A stretch of DNA of 64,000 bases from an uncultured Candidatus Rokubacteria bacterium (GCA_963789955.1 CAWBMV010000035.1:8512-72511); one strand, 5' to 3'. Numbered from the stretch's first letter, positions 22,145-32,608 are shown. The notes: generated from the sequence alone by a model not told the origin. Made by a program: numbers and translations.

Positions 22145-23098
22145 GTGAACTCGAGCGTCGAATACATCGGGCCGCGGGCCGCCTTCGCGACGCTCGGTGG
22201 AAGCCCGACCTGGGGCCTCGGCGATCGGTTCCACGAGCTCGCGGCGACACGCGGACACACGAGGCTCGGCATCCACCGACCTCGGACGCCCTACGGTCTC
22301 GGTCCCCAGGTGGAGCACTTCCGAGGGCCGAGCGGGCGTGAGTTCCTGCGCATCCCGACGTACGGTCAGGTCGTCGACGAAGATCCCCTGCTGCACGCCA
22401 GCGAGTGGAAGACGTTCTGGATTCTCTGGAAGGCAGGTGTGCGCGTGCTGCTCGTCGGCGGCACCAGCGGCAGCTGCGACTGGCGGCGAACGGCCGTCGA
22501 CGAGGACGCCGTGCGTCCCGGCGACTTCGTGCTGCCGAAGAGCTACCTGACGCGCGACACGATGCCGACCGGCCTGCCCGGCACCGAGCTCGAGTTCTGC
22601 CTGCCGCGCCAGGTCGCGATCATGGACGATCCCTTCTGCCCGCCGCTCGCGGACGCGCTGCGCTCGCGCGCCGGGCGCGCGCTCGATTTCAGATTCCGTC
22701 GCATCCACGGCCCGGAGGCCGGCGTGGTGCTGAACCGCTGGCTCGCCGGAAACGGCTTCGAGTCGCTCGCGACGTGCCGCATGCTCGAAGCGTCGGGCCG
22801 CCAGATCGGAATGCCGATCATCACCGGTGACTGCGTGAGCCCGGTGCTGGCGCGCGTGTGCGGGATGCACCTCGCGTACTACCACGTCGTGGCCAACTGG
22901 GGCACCGGGCTCGAGCCCGACGATCCGACGATCGTCTTGAATCGGCTCTACATGGAGACGCTTCCCGCGGTGGCCGCGGCCCTCGAGCTCTCGTTCCTCG
23001 ACGAGGCGAGCGAGCCGACCGCGTGCCGGTGTCGCGAGCTCCTGCGCGCTCGCCCCCCGGAGTACGCGCGAGCGCTGAGCCCCCGCGCGACGCAGTAA
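22145..23098 (+). CDS. divergent MTAP/purine nucleoside phosphorylase family protein
   Basis: ATLGGS, VGGTSGS, VRPGDFVLP, MDDPFCPPL, GFESLA, LARVCGM, VVANWGTG align with MTAP family blocks. Confidence 0.7.
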   Translation: MNSSVEYIGPRAAFATLGGSPTWGLGDRFHELAATRGHTRLGIHRPRTPYGLGPQVEHFRGPSGREFLRIPTYGQVVDEDPLLHASEWKTFWILWKAGVRVLLVGGTSGSCDWRRTAVDEDAVRPGDFVLPKSYLTRDTMPTGLPGTELEFCLPRQVAIMDDPFCPPLADALRSRAGRALDFRFRRIHGPEAGVVLNRWLAGNGFESLATCRMLEASGRQIGMPIITGDCVSPVLARVCGMHLAYYHVVANWGTGLEPDDPTIVLNRLYMETLPAVAAALELSFLDEASEPTACRCRELLRARPPEYARALSPRATQ

Positions 23099-23121
23099 AC
23101 TCGACGTCCAGGAGGAGAGCC

Positions 23122-24063
23122 TTGAAGACGATCACTCCAGCGCTCAAGCAGATCGCGTCGGGGCTGCGATTCCCCGAGGGCCCGGTGGCGATGAGCGACG
23201 GTTCGGTGGTGCTGGTCGAGATCGAACGGCGCACGCTCTCGCGCGTCACACCCGACGGCAAGATCCACGTGGTCGCCACCCTGGGCGGCGGGCCGAACGG
23301 CGCGGCGATGGGGCCGGGCGGCAAGATCTACGTGACCAACAACGGCGGGCTGAAGTTCATGGATCGCCCGGGCAAGCTGTTTCCGATCGCGCAGGGCGAC
23401 GACTACAAGGGCGGGCTGATCCAGCGAGTCGATCCCGAGACCGGAAAGTTCGAGACGCTCTACGATTCGTGCGACGGGATGAAGCTGCGCGGGCCGAACG
23501 ATCTCGTGTTCGACAACGCCGGCGGCTTCTGGTTCACGGATCTCGGCAAGACGCGCGATCGCGACATGGATCGCGGCTCGGTCTACTACGCGAAGGCCGA
23601 CGGCTCGATGATCAAGGAGGCGATCTTCCCGCTCGAGCGGCCGAACGGGATCGGGCTCTCGCCGGACGAGCGCACGCTCTACGTCGTCGAGACGCCGACC
23701 GCGCGCTGCTGGGCGTTCAAGCTCTCGGCGCCCGGCCAGATCGAATCGGCCAATGGTCCGTATCGCGGCGAGAAGGGCACCGTCATCGCCGGGCTCGGCG
23801 GCTATCAGATGTTCGACTCGCTCGCGGTCGACGGCGAGGGCCACATCTGCGTGGCGACCCTGATCACCGGCGCGGTGAGCGACATCTGGCCGGACGGCAG
23901 CCGCGTCGACCAGTACAAGCTGCCGGACATGATGGTCACCAACGTCTGCTTCGGCGGCCGCGAGCTCAGGACCGCGTTCGCGACCCTGTCGATGGGCGGC
24001 ACGCTCGTGTCGTTCGAGTGGCCGCGGCCGGGCCTCGCGCTCAAATACCTGAACACGCCATGA
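23122..24063 (+). CDS. SMP-30/gluconolactonase/LRE family protein
   Basis: GGAGG RBS, GLRFPEGP, GPNDLVFD, PNGIGLSPD, DSLAVD, TNVCFGG. Confidence 0.92.
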   Translation: MKTITPALKQIASGLRFPEGPVAMSDGSVVLVEIERRTLSRVTPDGKIHVVATLGGGPNGAAMGPGGKIYVTNNGGLKFMDRPGKLFPIAQGDDYKGGLIQRVDPETGKFETLYDSCDGMKLRGPNDLVFDNAGGFWFTDLGKTRDRDMDRGSVYYAKADGSMIKEAIFPLERPNGIGLSPDERTLYVVETPTARCWAFKLSAPGQIESANGPYRGEKGTVIAGLGGYQMFDSLAVDGEGHICVATLITGAVSDIWPDGSRVDQYKLPDMMVTNVCFGGRELRTAFATLSMGGTLVSFEWPRPGLALKYLNTP

Positions 24064-25352
24064 GTCTCTCCGACCGCTATGGCCTGACGCTCTCGACGAC
24101 ATCGGCCGACGCCGCCCGGCACTACCAGGACGGCATGGACCGGCTGCTCTCCTACGGCTTCGGCGCCGATCAGTCGTTCGCCGCGGCGGTCGCGGCCGAC
24201 GAGGGATTCGCCCTCGGCCACGCGGGCGCGGCGCTCTTCTCACTCTTCCAGGGCGACGGCGCCTCGGCGAAGGCGTCGATCGAGCGGGCGCGCGGCCTGA
24301 CGGCCGGGGTGACGCGGCGCGAGCGGCAGCACGTCGAGGCGCTCGCCGCGATCGCCGGCGGCGAATCGGCGCGCGGCCTGGCGCAGATCGAGGAGCACGT
24401 GAAGGAATTTCCGCGCGACGCGCTGCTCGTCAACCAGGCGGGCAGCACCATCGGGCTCGGCGGCCGCGCCGATCGCGAGGCGCTGCGGGTCGGATTCATC
24501 GAAGGCCTGGCCCACGCCTACGGCGACGACTGGTGGTATCAGTCGGCGCTCGGCTTCACCTATCACGAGGTCGGACGCTACGAAGAATCGCGGCGGCTCT
24601 CCGAGCGCTCGCTCGCGCAGTACCAGGGCAACGCGAACGCCAGCCACAACATCGCCCACGTCTGCTACGAGACCGTCGACAACGAGGGCGGGATCGCGAT
24701 GCTCTCGGACTGGCTCGGCGGCTACGACCGGCGCGCGCCGTTCCATTGCCACCTGGCCTGGCACGTGGCGCTCTTCGAGCTTCAGTGCGGCCGGCCCGAG
24801 CGCGCGCTCACGATCTACGAGCGCGACATCGCGCCGTCCTCCAATCCGCGCCTGGCCATGATCGACGGCTCGGCGTTGCTGTGGCGCTTCGGGCTCTACG
24901 ACTATCAGAAGGGGCCCCTGCCGTGGCGTCGGCTGGCCGACCTCGCGACCCGGGTCACACGCCCGGGCTTCATCTTCGGCGACGTCCACGCCGCCCTCGC
25001 CTACGCGTCGGCCGGCGACGACGCGGCGCTATCGGCGCTGATCAGCGGCCTGGAAGCCCTGCACGCGAAGGGGCACCCGATCGCCGGCATGGTGGCCCTG
25101 CCGCTGGTCAGAGGCGTCGCGGCCTACGTGGCCGGCGACTACGCCGGGGCTCTCGGCCTCATGGAGTCGGTCGACGGCGAGATCCACCGGGTGGGCGGTA
25201 GCCACGCCCAGTGGGAGCTGTTCGAAGAGACGATGGTGGTCTGCCTGCTGCGGCTCGGTCGCCTCGACCAGGCCCAGCGACTCATTCGCCGGCGCCTGGG
25301 CGTCCGCTCGTCGCCGCGCGATCTCGCCTGGCTCGATCAGACGACTCACTGA
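24060..25352 (+). CDS. TTC38-like tetratricopeptide repeat protein
   Basis: DRYGLTLST, RERQHVEAL, FPRDALL, ASHNIAHV, HCHLAWHVAL, VGGSHAQ; ATG overlaps the upstream stop. Confidence 0.8.
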   Translation: MSLSDRYGLTLSTTSADAARHYQDGMDRLLSYGFGADQSFAAAVAADEGFALGHAGAALFSLFQGDGASAKASIERARGLTAGVTRRERQHVEALAAIAGGESARGLAQIEEHVKEFPRDALLVNQAGSTIGLGGRADREALRVGFIEGLAHAYGDDWWYQSALGFTYHEVGRYEESRRLSERSLAQYQGNANASHNIAHVCYETVDNEGGIAMLSDWLGGYDRRAPFHCHLAWHVALFELQCGRPERALTIYERDIAPSSNPRLAMIDGSALLWRFGLYDYQKGPLPWRRLADLATRVTRPGFIFGDVHAALAYASAGDDAALSALISGLEALHAKGHPIAGMVALPLVRGVAAYVAGDYAGALGLMESVDGEIHRVGGSHAQWELFEETMVVCLLRLGRLDQAQRLIRRRLGVRSSPRDLAWLDQTTH

Positions 25353-25512
25353 CCGGTACAACCTTGACCATGGTGATGCCGGACTGTCCAGTCAAAATAG
25401 TCAATCACTCGGCGTTCACGAGCGTGTCTCGCGCATAACTCGGCAATACGTCGTCGTTTCCGCAAACGATGACGCGTGGCATCCGATTTGCCACTCTCCC
25501 GGATCGTTCGCG

Positions 25513-26046
25513 ATGAGAGCAGAGAGCGCCCGGGTCCACATCCGCCACACACGAGGTACCGCGCTACCGCTGCATATGCCGCTTCGCCGCCTAGCGTTGT
25601 GCCTCGATTGCGAGGCATGCTTTGAAATCGGAATCTCGTCATGCCCCGCGTGTGGCGGAGATACCTGGGTGCTCCTCTCCAAGTTCCTCGACCAGGGGCC
25701 GCTGAAGGTCCTGCCCCAGTTCCATCCGTTCCCGAAGAGCTGGACGGCCGAGTCGAAGGGCCGTGACGAGGCCTCGGGACAGGCCGCCAAGCAGATCCTG
25801 GTCGTCGCGCGCGATCGCCAGAAGCTCTTCGAGTACGCGAAGCGAGCGTTTACAGGCAATTCCTCGGTCGAGGTCGTCCTCGATCGCCGGCGGGCCGAGC
25901 GGCGCAGCGGCGAACGGGCCAGCTCGCCGGATCGCCGCCGGGGTGATCGCCGACTCATGAACGAGATCGACAACCACCTCCGGGCCCTTGGCTGGGCGGT
26001 GGTTCGCCTCGACGTCTTCCGGACGCTCGGGTTGACGAGACGGTAG
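25513..26046 (+). CDS. hypothetical protein: zinc ribbon plus Arg-rich 'DRR' domain
   Basis: CLDCEACF...CPACGG; C-terminal ILVVARDRQKLFEYAKRAF...VEVVLDRRRAERR...DRRRGDRR...LRALGWAVV; start codon uncertain. Confidence 0.7.
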   Translation: MRAESARVHIRHTRGTALPLHMPLRRLALCLDCEACFEIGISSCPACGGDTWVLLSKFLDQGPLKVLPQFHPFPKSWTAESKGRDEASGQAAKQILVVARDRQKLFEYAKRAFTGNSSVEVVLDRRRAERRSGERASSPDRRRGDRRLMNEIDNHLRALGWAVVRLDVFRTLGLTRR

Positions 26047-26055
26047 GTAATTGAC

Positions 26056-26086
26056 ATGGGGGCCCCGAAATGGCCCCCATACCCCC
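26056..26086. repeat. REP-like GC hairpin
   Basis: ATGGGGGCC-CCGAAAT-GGCCCCCAT perfect 9-bp stem followed by ACCCCC, just after a stop codon. Confidence 0.6.
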
Positions 26087-26241
26087 TCGCTCGGCGTTTT
26101 TCTGACCTTGGTCGGTCTCCGTCGTTTCTGCGATCGCTACCCGACCGCTTGCTTCTGAGCTACCATTCCTGCCGTGGCCAGGCTGGCGGTCTGGCTTGTT
26201 CCTCTGGGTGGATCACGGCGCTTTCGGAAAGGAGCGGCGAG

Positions 26242-27938
26242 ATGACCTACGACCTGCTGATCAAGAATGGACGCGTCATCGACGGATCCGGGCGGCCCGC
26301 GTACCACGGTGACGTCGGTGTGGCGAAGGGCAAGATCGTCGAGCTCGGGCGTCTGAGCGGATCCGCGCGCCAGACGATCGAGGCCGACGGCCGGGTCGTC
26401 TCGCCGGGCTTCGTCGACAATCACTGCCACTACGACGCGCAGGTCGTGTGGGATCCCCTCTGCACCTACTCCTGCCACCACGGCTCCACCACGGTGATCA
26501 TCGGCAACTGCTCGCTCGCGCTGGCGCCCGTCAAGCCCGAGGCGCGCGAGAAGCTGGCGGGCATGCTCTCGTACGTCGAAGCCATCCCGATGGACGTCCT
26601 GCAGGCCGGCGTGCCCTGGAACTGGGAGACGTTCCCTCAGTACATGAGCGCGATCGGCCAGCGGCTCGGCGTCAACGTCGGCACGCTCGTCGGCCATTCG
26701 GCCGTGCGGCTCTACGCCATGGGCGAGGAGTGCTCGGACCGCGACGCCACGCCGGACGAGCTCGAGACGATGCGCCGCCTGGTCCGCGAATCGCTCGAGG
26801 CCGGCGCGCTGGGGCTCTCGATCACGCGGAACATGAATCACTTCGACATCGCGGGCAAACGCATTCCCGCGGCCTGCGCGCCGGAGTCGGAGCTGTTCGC
26901 GCTGGCCGACGTGCTGCGTGAGGTCGGCACGGGGGTGATGCAGTGCGGCGGCGGCACCAATCCCGAGCTGAAGGACAAGCTCCTGTCCCGCATCTCGGAA
27001 GCGTGCGGCCGGCCGATCATGTACAACACCCTGCTCGAGCAGGCCCGGCAGCCCGGGCGCTGGAAGGCGCACCTGGCGCACGTCGAGGAAACCGTGAAGC
27101 AGGGCATCCGCGCGATCCCGCTCTGCAACCCCGGCAGCGTCGTCAACCGGTTCACGATGAAGAACTGCCAGGTGTTCCGCAGCATGCCGACGTGGCTGCC
27201 GATTCTGCAGGGCGCCGACGCCGACAAGCTTTCCGCGTACGCCAATCCGGCGATCCGCGCGAAGCTGCGCGAAGAGGTCGACGCGCCGCTCGGTCCGGAC
27301 TCGACCTTCTCCAAGCGCTGGGACCTCATGTTCGTCGAAGAGCCCAAGCTCGCGAAGAATCGCGGGCTCGCGGGCAAGCACATCGCCGAGATCGCCCAGG
27401 CCAGGGCCAGCATCCGCTCGACGCGTTCCTCGATCTGGCCGTCGAGGAAAACCTGGAAACGGTGTACAGCCTGGGCGAGATCAACATGGACACCGAGGCC
27501 GTCGCGCAGATCCTCGGCAGCCCGTACGCGGTGGTCGGACTCACCGACGGCGGCGCTCACGTGCAGTTCCACTCGAACGTCAGCAACCCGACCCGGCTGC
27601 TCGGCTACTGGGTGCGCGAGAAGCAGATCATGTCGCTCGAGCACGCCGTGCGGCGGCTGACGTACGACTCGGCCTCGGCGTTCGGCATCTACGACCGCGG
27701 CCTGGTGCAGCCGGGCATGGCGGCGGACCTGGTGGTCTTCGACCCGGACACCGTCGCGCCGGTCAAGGAAGACGTCGTGCACGATTTCCCGGCCAACGGC
27801 TGGCGGATGCGCGAGCTGGCCGAGGGCATCCACTACACGGTGGTCAACGGCGAGGTGCTGCTCGAGAAGGGCCAGCACACCGGAAGTCATCCCGGGCGCG
27901 TGATCCGCAACGCTCGCTATCAGATGGCGGGCGCGTAG
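26242..27938 (+). CDS. N-acyl-D-amino-acid deacylase family amidohydrolase, frameshift near 27405
   Basis: YDLLIKNGRVIDGSG, SPGFVDNHCHYDAQ, IGNCSL, TDGGAH, RGLVQPGMAADLVVFDP. Confidence 0.9.
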
Positions 27939-27975
27939 CGCGGCGCTGGAATCGATCGAACACTTCTGATCATCG

Positions 27976-28002
27976 CGAGGGGCGGCGTCGAGCCGCCCCT
28001 CG
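27976..28002. terminator. hairpin between convergent genes
   Basis: CGAGGGGCGGC-GTCGA-GCCGCCCCTCG, 11-bp perfect stem; no U-tract. Confidence 0.5.
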
Positions 28003-28044
28003 GTCTATTCGGGTGGTCGGATCGCGCGGGGCAGAGTCAGCGGG

Positions 28045-29359
28045 TTAGTCCGGCCGGAGCTCCCAGACCGTGCCGCCGGGCGTGTCGCGGAGCTCGATGC
28101 GCGCCGCGATCAATCGATCACGAACGCGGTCGGCCAGCTCGAACGCGCGCGCGGCCCGGAGCTCTCCGCGGAGCGTGATCAGGCTCTCGACCAGCGGAGC
28201 CAGCAGCTCGCGCGGATCGCGCAGTCCGCCCGCCGCGGCCTCGCCGAGTCGTTGCACCAGCGAATGCAGGACGGCCCGCGCGCGGTCCGGATCGTCGGTC
28301 TGAAGCGTGTCGGCCGACCAGTCGCCGATGGCGCGGTCGAGATTCAGGATCGCCTCGGCGGCCTCGGGCGCCCGCCGCGCGGCGATCGCCGTCTCGAACG
28401 CCTGCTCGAGCCGGGTCGACCTCGGAGAGCAGCGGCGATCGCTGCGACGCCGGTGCGTTGGCGCTCGCCGGCGTCGCAGCGCGCCGCCGCGGCCGCGCCC
28501 TCCGTCGCACGCCGCGCCGTGTCCGCTTCGCCGCGAGCGGCGGCGAGCAGCTCATCCAGGCCGAGCTTCGTGCCCGCGGGAAACACGCGCGACCGGCCGC
28601 GACGGCGCACCGTGACGCCGCCGCGCCCCGAGACGGCGACCGTCTTCGCGTCGAGATCGGCCACCAGCACGGTGTGCTCGTCGATGCCGAGCACCCACGC
28701 ATCGTCGGGGCAGCATGCCCTCCATCACCGCGAGCCGCCGCTCGCCGAGATAACAGAAGCGCGTGTCGTGCGTGCCGCCCTCGGCGTTGTCGTAGTGCGG
28801 GATGACCACGCACGAGCCCTCGAAGCCGGCCGCGCGCATGAGATCGAGCCCGTCGAGCCAGTGCACGGGATGACCGACCTTGTAGATCTCGTACACCGGA
28901 ACGCTGAAGCGGCCGAGCGTCAGCGCCGCCGCGCTCGAGAACACGACCGCGCCGCCCTCGGCGAGCTTGGTGGTGAGCGCCTCGGGCACCGGCGAGCTGC
29001 GCCAGACCGAGAGCGCGTACGACGGGCTGCCCGGCCCGGCGAACACGAAGCCGGCCGTGCGCAGCCGCGAGAGCGCGGCCGCCTCGGCGAGCGGGGCGTG
29101 ATGGCCCTGGTCAGCCGCGAGCGGCCCGAGAATACCCGGCGGCTTCGATCGTCAGCTGCACGCGATGCGCGAAGTACTCGACCGCCCGCTCGGTGATCTC
29201 CGATGCGTTCTCCTGGAATCCGTAGGGCGTGTCGAGCAGGACCGCGCGCGGCGTCGGCTCGCCCAGGCGCGCGACGATCTCGCGGTGCGGCGTGACCATC
29301 GTGGGCGCGGTCTCGCCCGAGCCCATGATCGCGAGGATGCGCGGCGCGCGCGCGCTCAC
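28045..29359 (-). CDS. peptidase S51/cyanophycinase-like (class I GATase fold) protein with a C-terminal CysS anticodon-domain-like region; multiple frameshifts
   Basis: ILAIMGSGET, LDTPYGFQEN, FAGPGSPSY, FSSAAA, IPHYDNAEGGTHDTR, LGIDEHT; C-terminus LRGELRAARAFELADRVRDRLIAARIELRDTPGGTVW. Confidence 0.75.
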
Positions 29360-30244
29360 GCGAAGAATCCTTCGCGCAGCGCCTGCAGGAAGAGCTCCGC
29401 CACGCGCTCGGGAGACTCGAGGTGCAGATCGTGGTGGCCGGGCGAGAACCAGACCGAGCGGATCTGGCCGCCGGCCGCGAGCGCCGCCGCCTCGGCGCTG
29501 CGCTTGCGGGAGGTTCTCGAGCCGTCGCCGCTGTCGGCGAGCAGCAGCATCGTCGGCGCCTTCAAGGTCGCCCAGCGGGTCGAGGGGCGATGCTCCCAGA
29601 GCGAGCGCAGGATCGAGAGATGCCGGCGGCGCTGCAGTCGCGGCTCGATCGTCCCGTCGGCGCGCGTGCGGAAGCAGTGCAGGTACGCGGCAACCGCGCG
29701 ATCGGTGAAGTGCGGCACGCTCTTGCGAATCCGCGCCTCGAGCTCCGCCAGGGTGAGATGATCGAGCGCCGGCGGGGTCAGCGCCGCCAGGCACTCCTCC
29801 CACGAGGGATACGCCTGGGACAGCTCGATGACGCCGCCGTCGACGCAGGCGATGCCGCGCACGACATCCGGCCGGCGCCAGCCGAGCTCCAGCACCACGT
29901 TGCCGCCCCAGGACTGGCCGGCGAGGACCGGGCGCTCGAGCTCGAGCGTGCCGATCAGCGTGAGCAGGTCGGCGACCGCGGTGTCCAGGTCATAGCCGAT
30001 GTCCGGCGCGTCGGAGAGGCCGTGGCCACGCTGATCGATCACGACCACCGTGTGGCCGGCGGCGTGGAGATGCTCGGCCACGCCGTCCCAGAGCCGCGCG
30101 TTGGACGCCAGACCGTGGACGAGCACGAAGGGGGCCGTCGCCCGATCGCCGAGCCCGCACCTCGACGTGCAGCTCGACACCCGGCGCGACCACGACGCGC
30201 CGCTCGACCACCTTGGCCACCGACGATCTCGCTGGCTCCGTCAT
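29356..30244 (-). CDS. alpha/beta fold hydrolase, frameshift near 30150
   Basis: LVHGLASN, DQRGHGLSD, GQSWGG nucleophile elbow, GHHDLH. Confidence 0.9.
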
Positions 30245-30363
30245 GGCGCCAATCCTAGCATCGCTGGCGGCAGGCCGGGGCGCACGCCGGCGCGCCGGCG
30301 CGAACCGGCTCGACTCGCGCCAGATAGAATGGCCCTGACGAAGTCGTCCACGGGGAGGCGCGC

Positions 30364-30745
30364 ATGGCAGGCGGGATCGATCGACGGGTCTGGCCGGGGT
30401 GCTCATCTGGACGGAGGCCGATCGCTTCCCGGCGATGGCGCAGCTTCTACCGGGACACGCTCGGGCTCACGCCGCGCTCCTCGAAGTCGGATTTCATCAA
30501 CTTCGACTGGAGCGGCGTTCGGCTGAGCGTGGGCGTGCACGACCGGGTCCGCGGGACGAGCCGCGAGCCGCTGCGGATCATGCTCAACCTGACCGTCGCC
30601 GACATCCGCGCCGTGCACCAGCGTCTGACTCGCGCCGGCGTCGTGCTTCAGTCGCGAGCCCGCGCGCGAGGAGTGGGGCGGGTGGGTCGCCACGTTCACC
30701 GATCCCGACGGCAACATCCTGCAGCTGATGCAGCTTCCGGCGTGA
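30364..30745 (+). CDS. VOC/glyoxalase family protein (frameshifted)
   Basis: Joined frames give GVLIWT...FYRDTLGL...LNLTVADIRAVHQRL...EEWGGWVATFTDPDGNILQL. Confidence 0.8.
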
Positions 30746-30750
30746 TGCGT

Positions 30751-31276
30751 TCAGCGGTCCTCGCGTAACCGTCGCGAAGGCCGGCGGGTCGAGCCGAACA
30801 CGCCCCGTCGAAGTGCGACGCGTACCATTCGTCGTCGAGGCTGCGCGATGCCGACACGCCGACCGGTCTGTCGTGGCGTGAATGAAGCGGCCGTCGCCGA
30901 CGTAGATCCCGTTGTGGCGCCGGTGATCGAAGAAGACCAGGTCGCCCGGCTCGAGATCATCGCGCGCCGACCGGCGCGCCGAGCCGGTACTGCTGGGCGG
31001 CGTTGTGCGGGAGCGCGACGCCCGACCTGCGCGTACACGTAGCGCACCAGACCCGAGCAGTCGAAGCCCGACGGGCTCGATCCGCCCCAGCGATACGGCG
31101 CGCCGACGTACTGCTTCGCGACGGCGACGACCGTCACGGCCGCGCGCGGCTTCGGCGAGCCGTGCGATCGATCGGGACCGGTACCGACACCTTCGCGCAT
31201 CCGGCGGACGACCGCCGAGATCGCCGACGAAAATGACAAAGCCTGCAATGCGTCCAATCATGGCCAATCCAATCAT
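30751..31276 (-). CDS. NlpC/P60 (C40) cell-wall peptidase, probable lipoprotein (frameshifted; ends approximate)
   Basis: [52 protein letters not shown]. Confidence 0.85.
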
Positions 31277-31326
31277 GGGCCGAGCCCGAGTGCTCGGCGC
31301 GGGCCTCGACAGAAGGCCCGAGAGCG

Positions 31327-32608
31327 TCAAATCGCCAGCGCGCAGTTCACGCTGACCGGCGCCGGCGACCGGCCGGCGCAGATCGGGGACCAGCTCCTCA
31401 TAGACATCCACGAGCGCCCGCGCCACGGTCGGCCAGGCAAAGCTCTGCGCCCACCGGGCCGCGTGCCGGCCGAGCGTGCGCCGCCGCGGCCCGTCGGCCA
31501 GCAGCGACCCGATCGCCGAGGCGAGCGCGACGTCGTCGCGCGGTGGGACGAGCACGCCCGTGACGCCGTCCTGAATCGTGGTGGCGAGGCCGCCCACGCG
31601 CGAGGCGACGACCGTGGCGCCGCACGCCATGGCCTCGAGCGCCGCCATGCCGAACGATTCGTGATGCGACGGTACCAGACAGAGATCGGCCGCGCGGTAG
31701 TATTCCGGCAGCGCCGATTGCGGCTCGGGTCCCTTGAAGTCGACCCACCCGCCGACCCCGAGCCCGTCGGCCAGCGCGCGCAGGCGCGCGCGATCCTCGT
31801 TGCCCTCTTCGTTGCGATCGCCGCCCACGATCACCAGCCTCACGTCGGCGTGACCGAGCCCGTCGGCCTTCAAACGCGCGAGCGCCTGCAGCAGGACCTC
31901 GAGTCCCTTGATCGGAGCCGGCCGCCCCACGAACAGCAGCACCCACTCGGCGTGGAGCCCCAGGCGCTCGCGCGCCGCGACCGCGCTGCCCGGGCTGAAG
32001 AGCTCGACGTCGACTCCGCACGGAATCGTCCGCACCCGCTCGACGGCGGCCCCGCAGTACCAGGCGAGCTCGGCGCTCTCGAGCGGCGTCGCGGCGACGA
32101 TGCGATCGGCGAGCGCCGCCACTTTCGCCTCGGCGTCGACGCGCGCCTGCGGCACCTGATCGCCGGGCTGATCGGCCAGCGCGTTCTTCACGACGCCCAG
32201 GGTGTGGAACATCTGGACCACCGGGACGCCGCCGAAGCGTCGCGAGAGATCGACCGCGACCAGGCCGGACAGCCAGTAGTGGCCGTGCAGCAGCGCGTAC
32301 TCGGCGCCGCTCCGGCGCTGGAAGGCCATCACGCCGTCGGTGAACTCGTCCAGATCGGTGACGATCTCGGGCGGCGGCACCGGCCGCTGCGGGCCGGCGT
32401 CGATGTGAACGACGCGCGCGCCCCAGCCGAGCGGCACGATCGTCGGCACGCCCGGCGTCTGCTTTCGCGTGAACACGTCGACCGCGAGCCCCAGCCGCCC
32501 GAGATGGCGCGCGACCTCGCGCACGTAGACGTTCATGCCGCCCGTCTCTTTGCCGCCGAGCGCGGCCAGGGGACAGGTATGAACGGAGATGACGCCGATG
32601 CGCTTCAT
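31327..32608 (-). CDS. mshA: GT4 glycosyltransferase, D-inositol-3-phosphate glycosyltransferase (MshA)-like; 3' end approximate
   Basis: ISVHTCPLAALGGKETGGMNVYV, HGHYWLSG, MFHTLGVVKN, PSHHESFGMAALEAMACG match MshA hallmark motifs. Confidence 0.8.

Noticed and set aside
26056-26241. N-terminal extension of the deacylase ORF (MGAPKWPPYP...)
   Set aside because: It is a translation of the REP-like hairpin and spacer; the RBS and family start are at 26242
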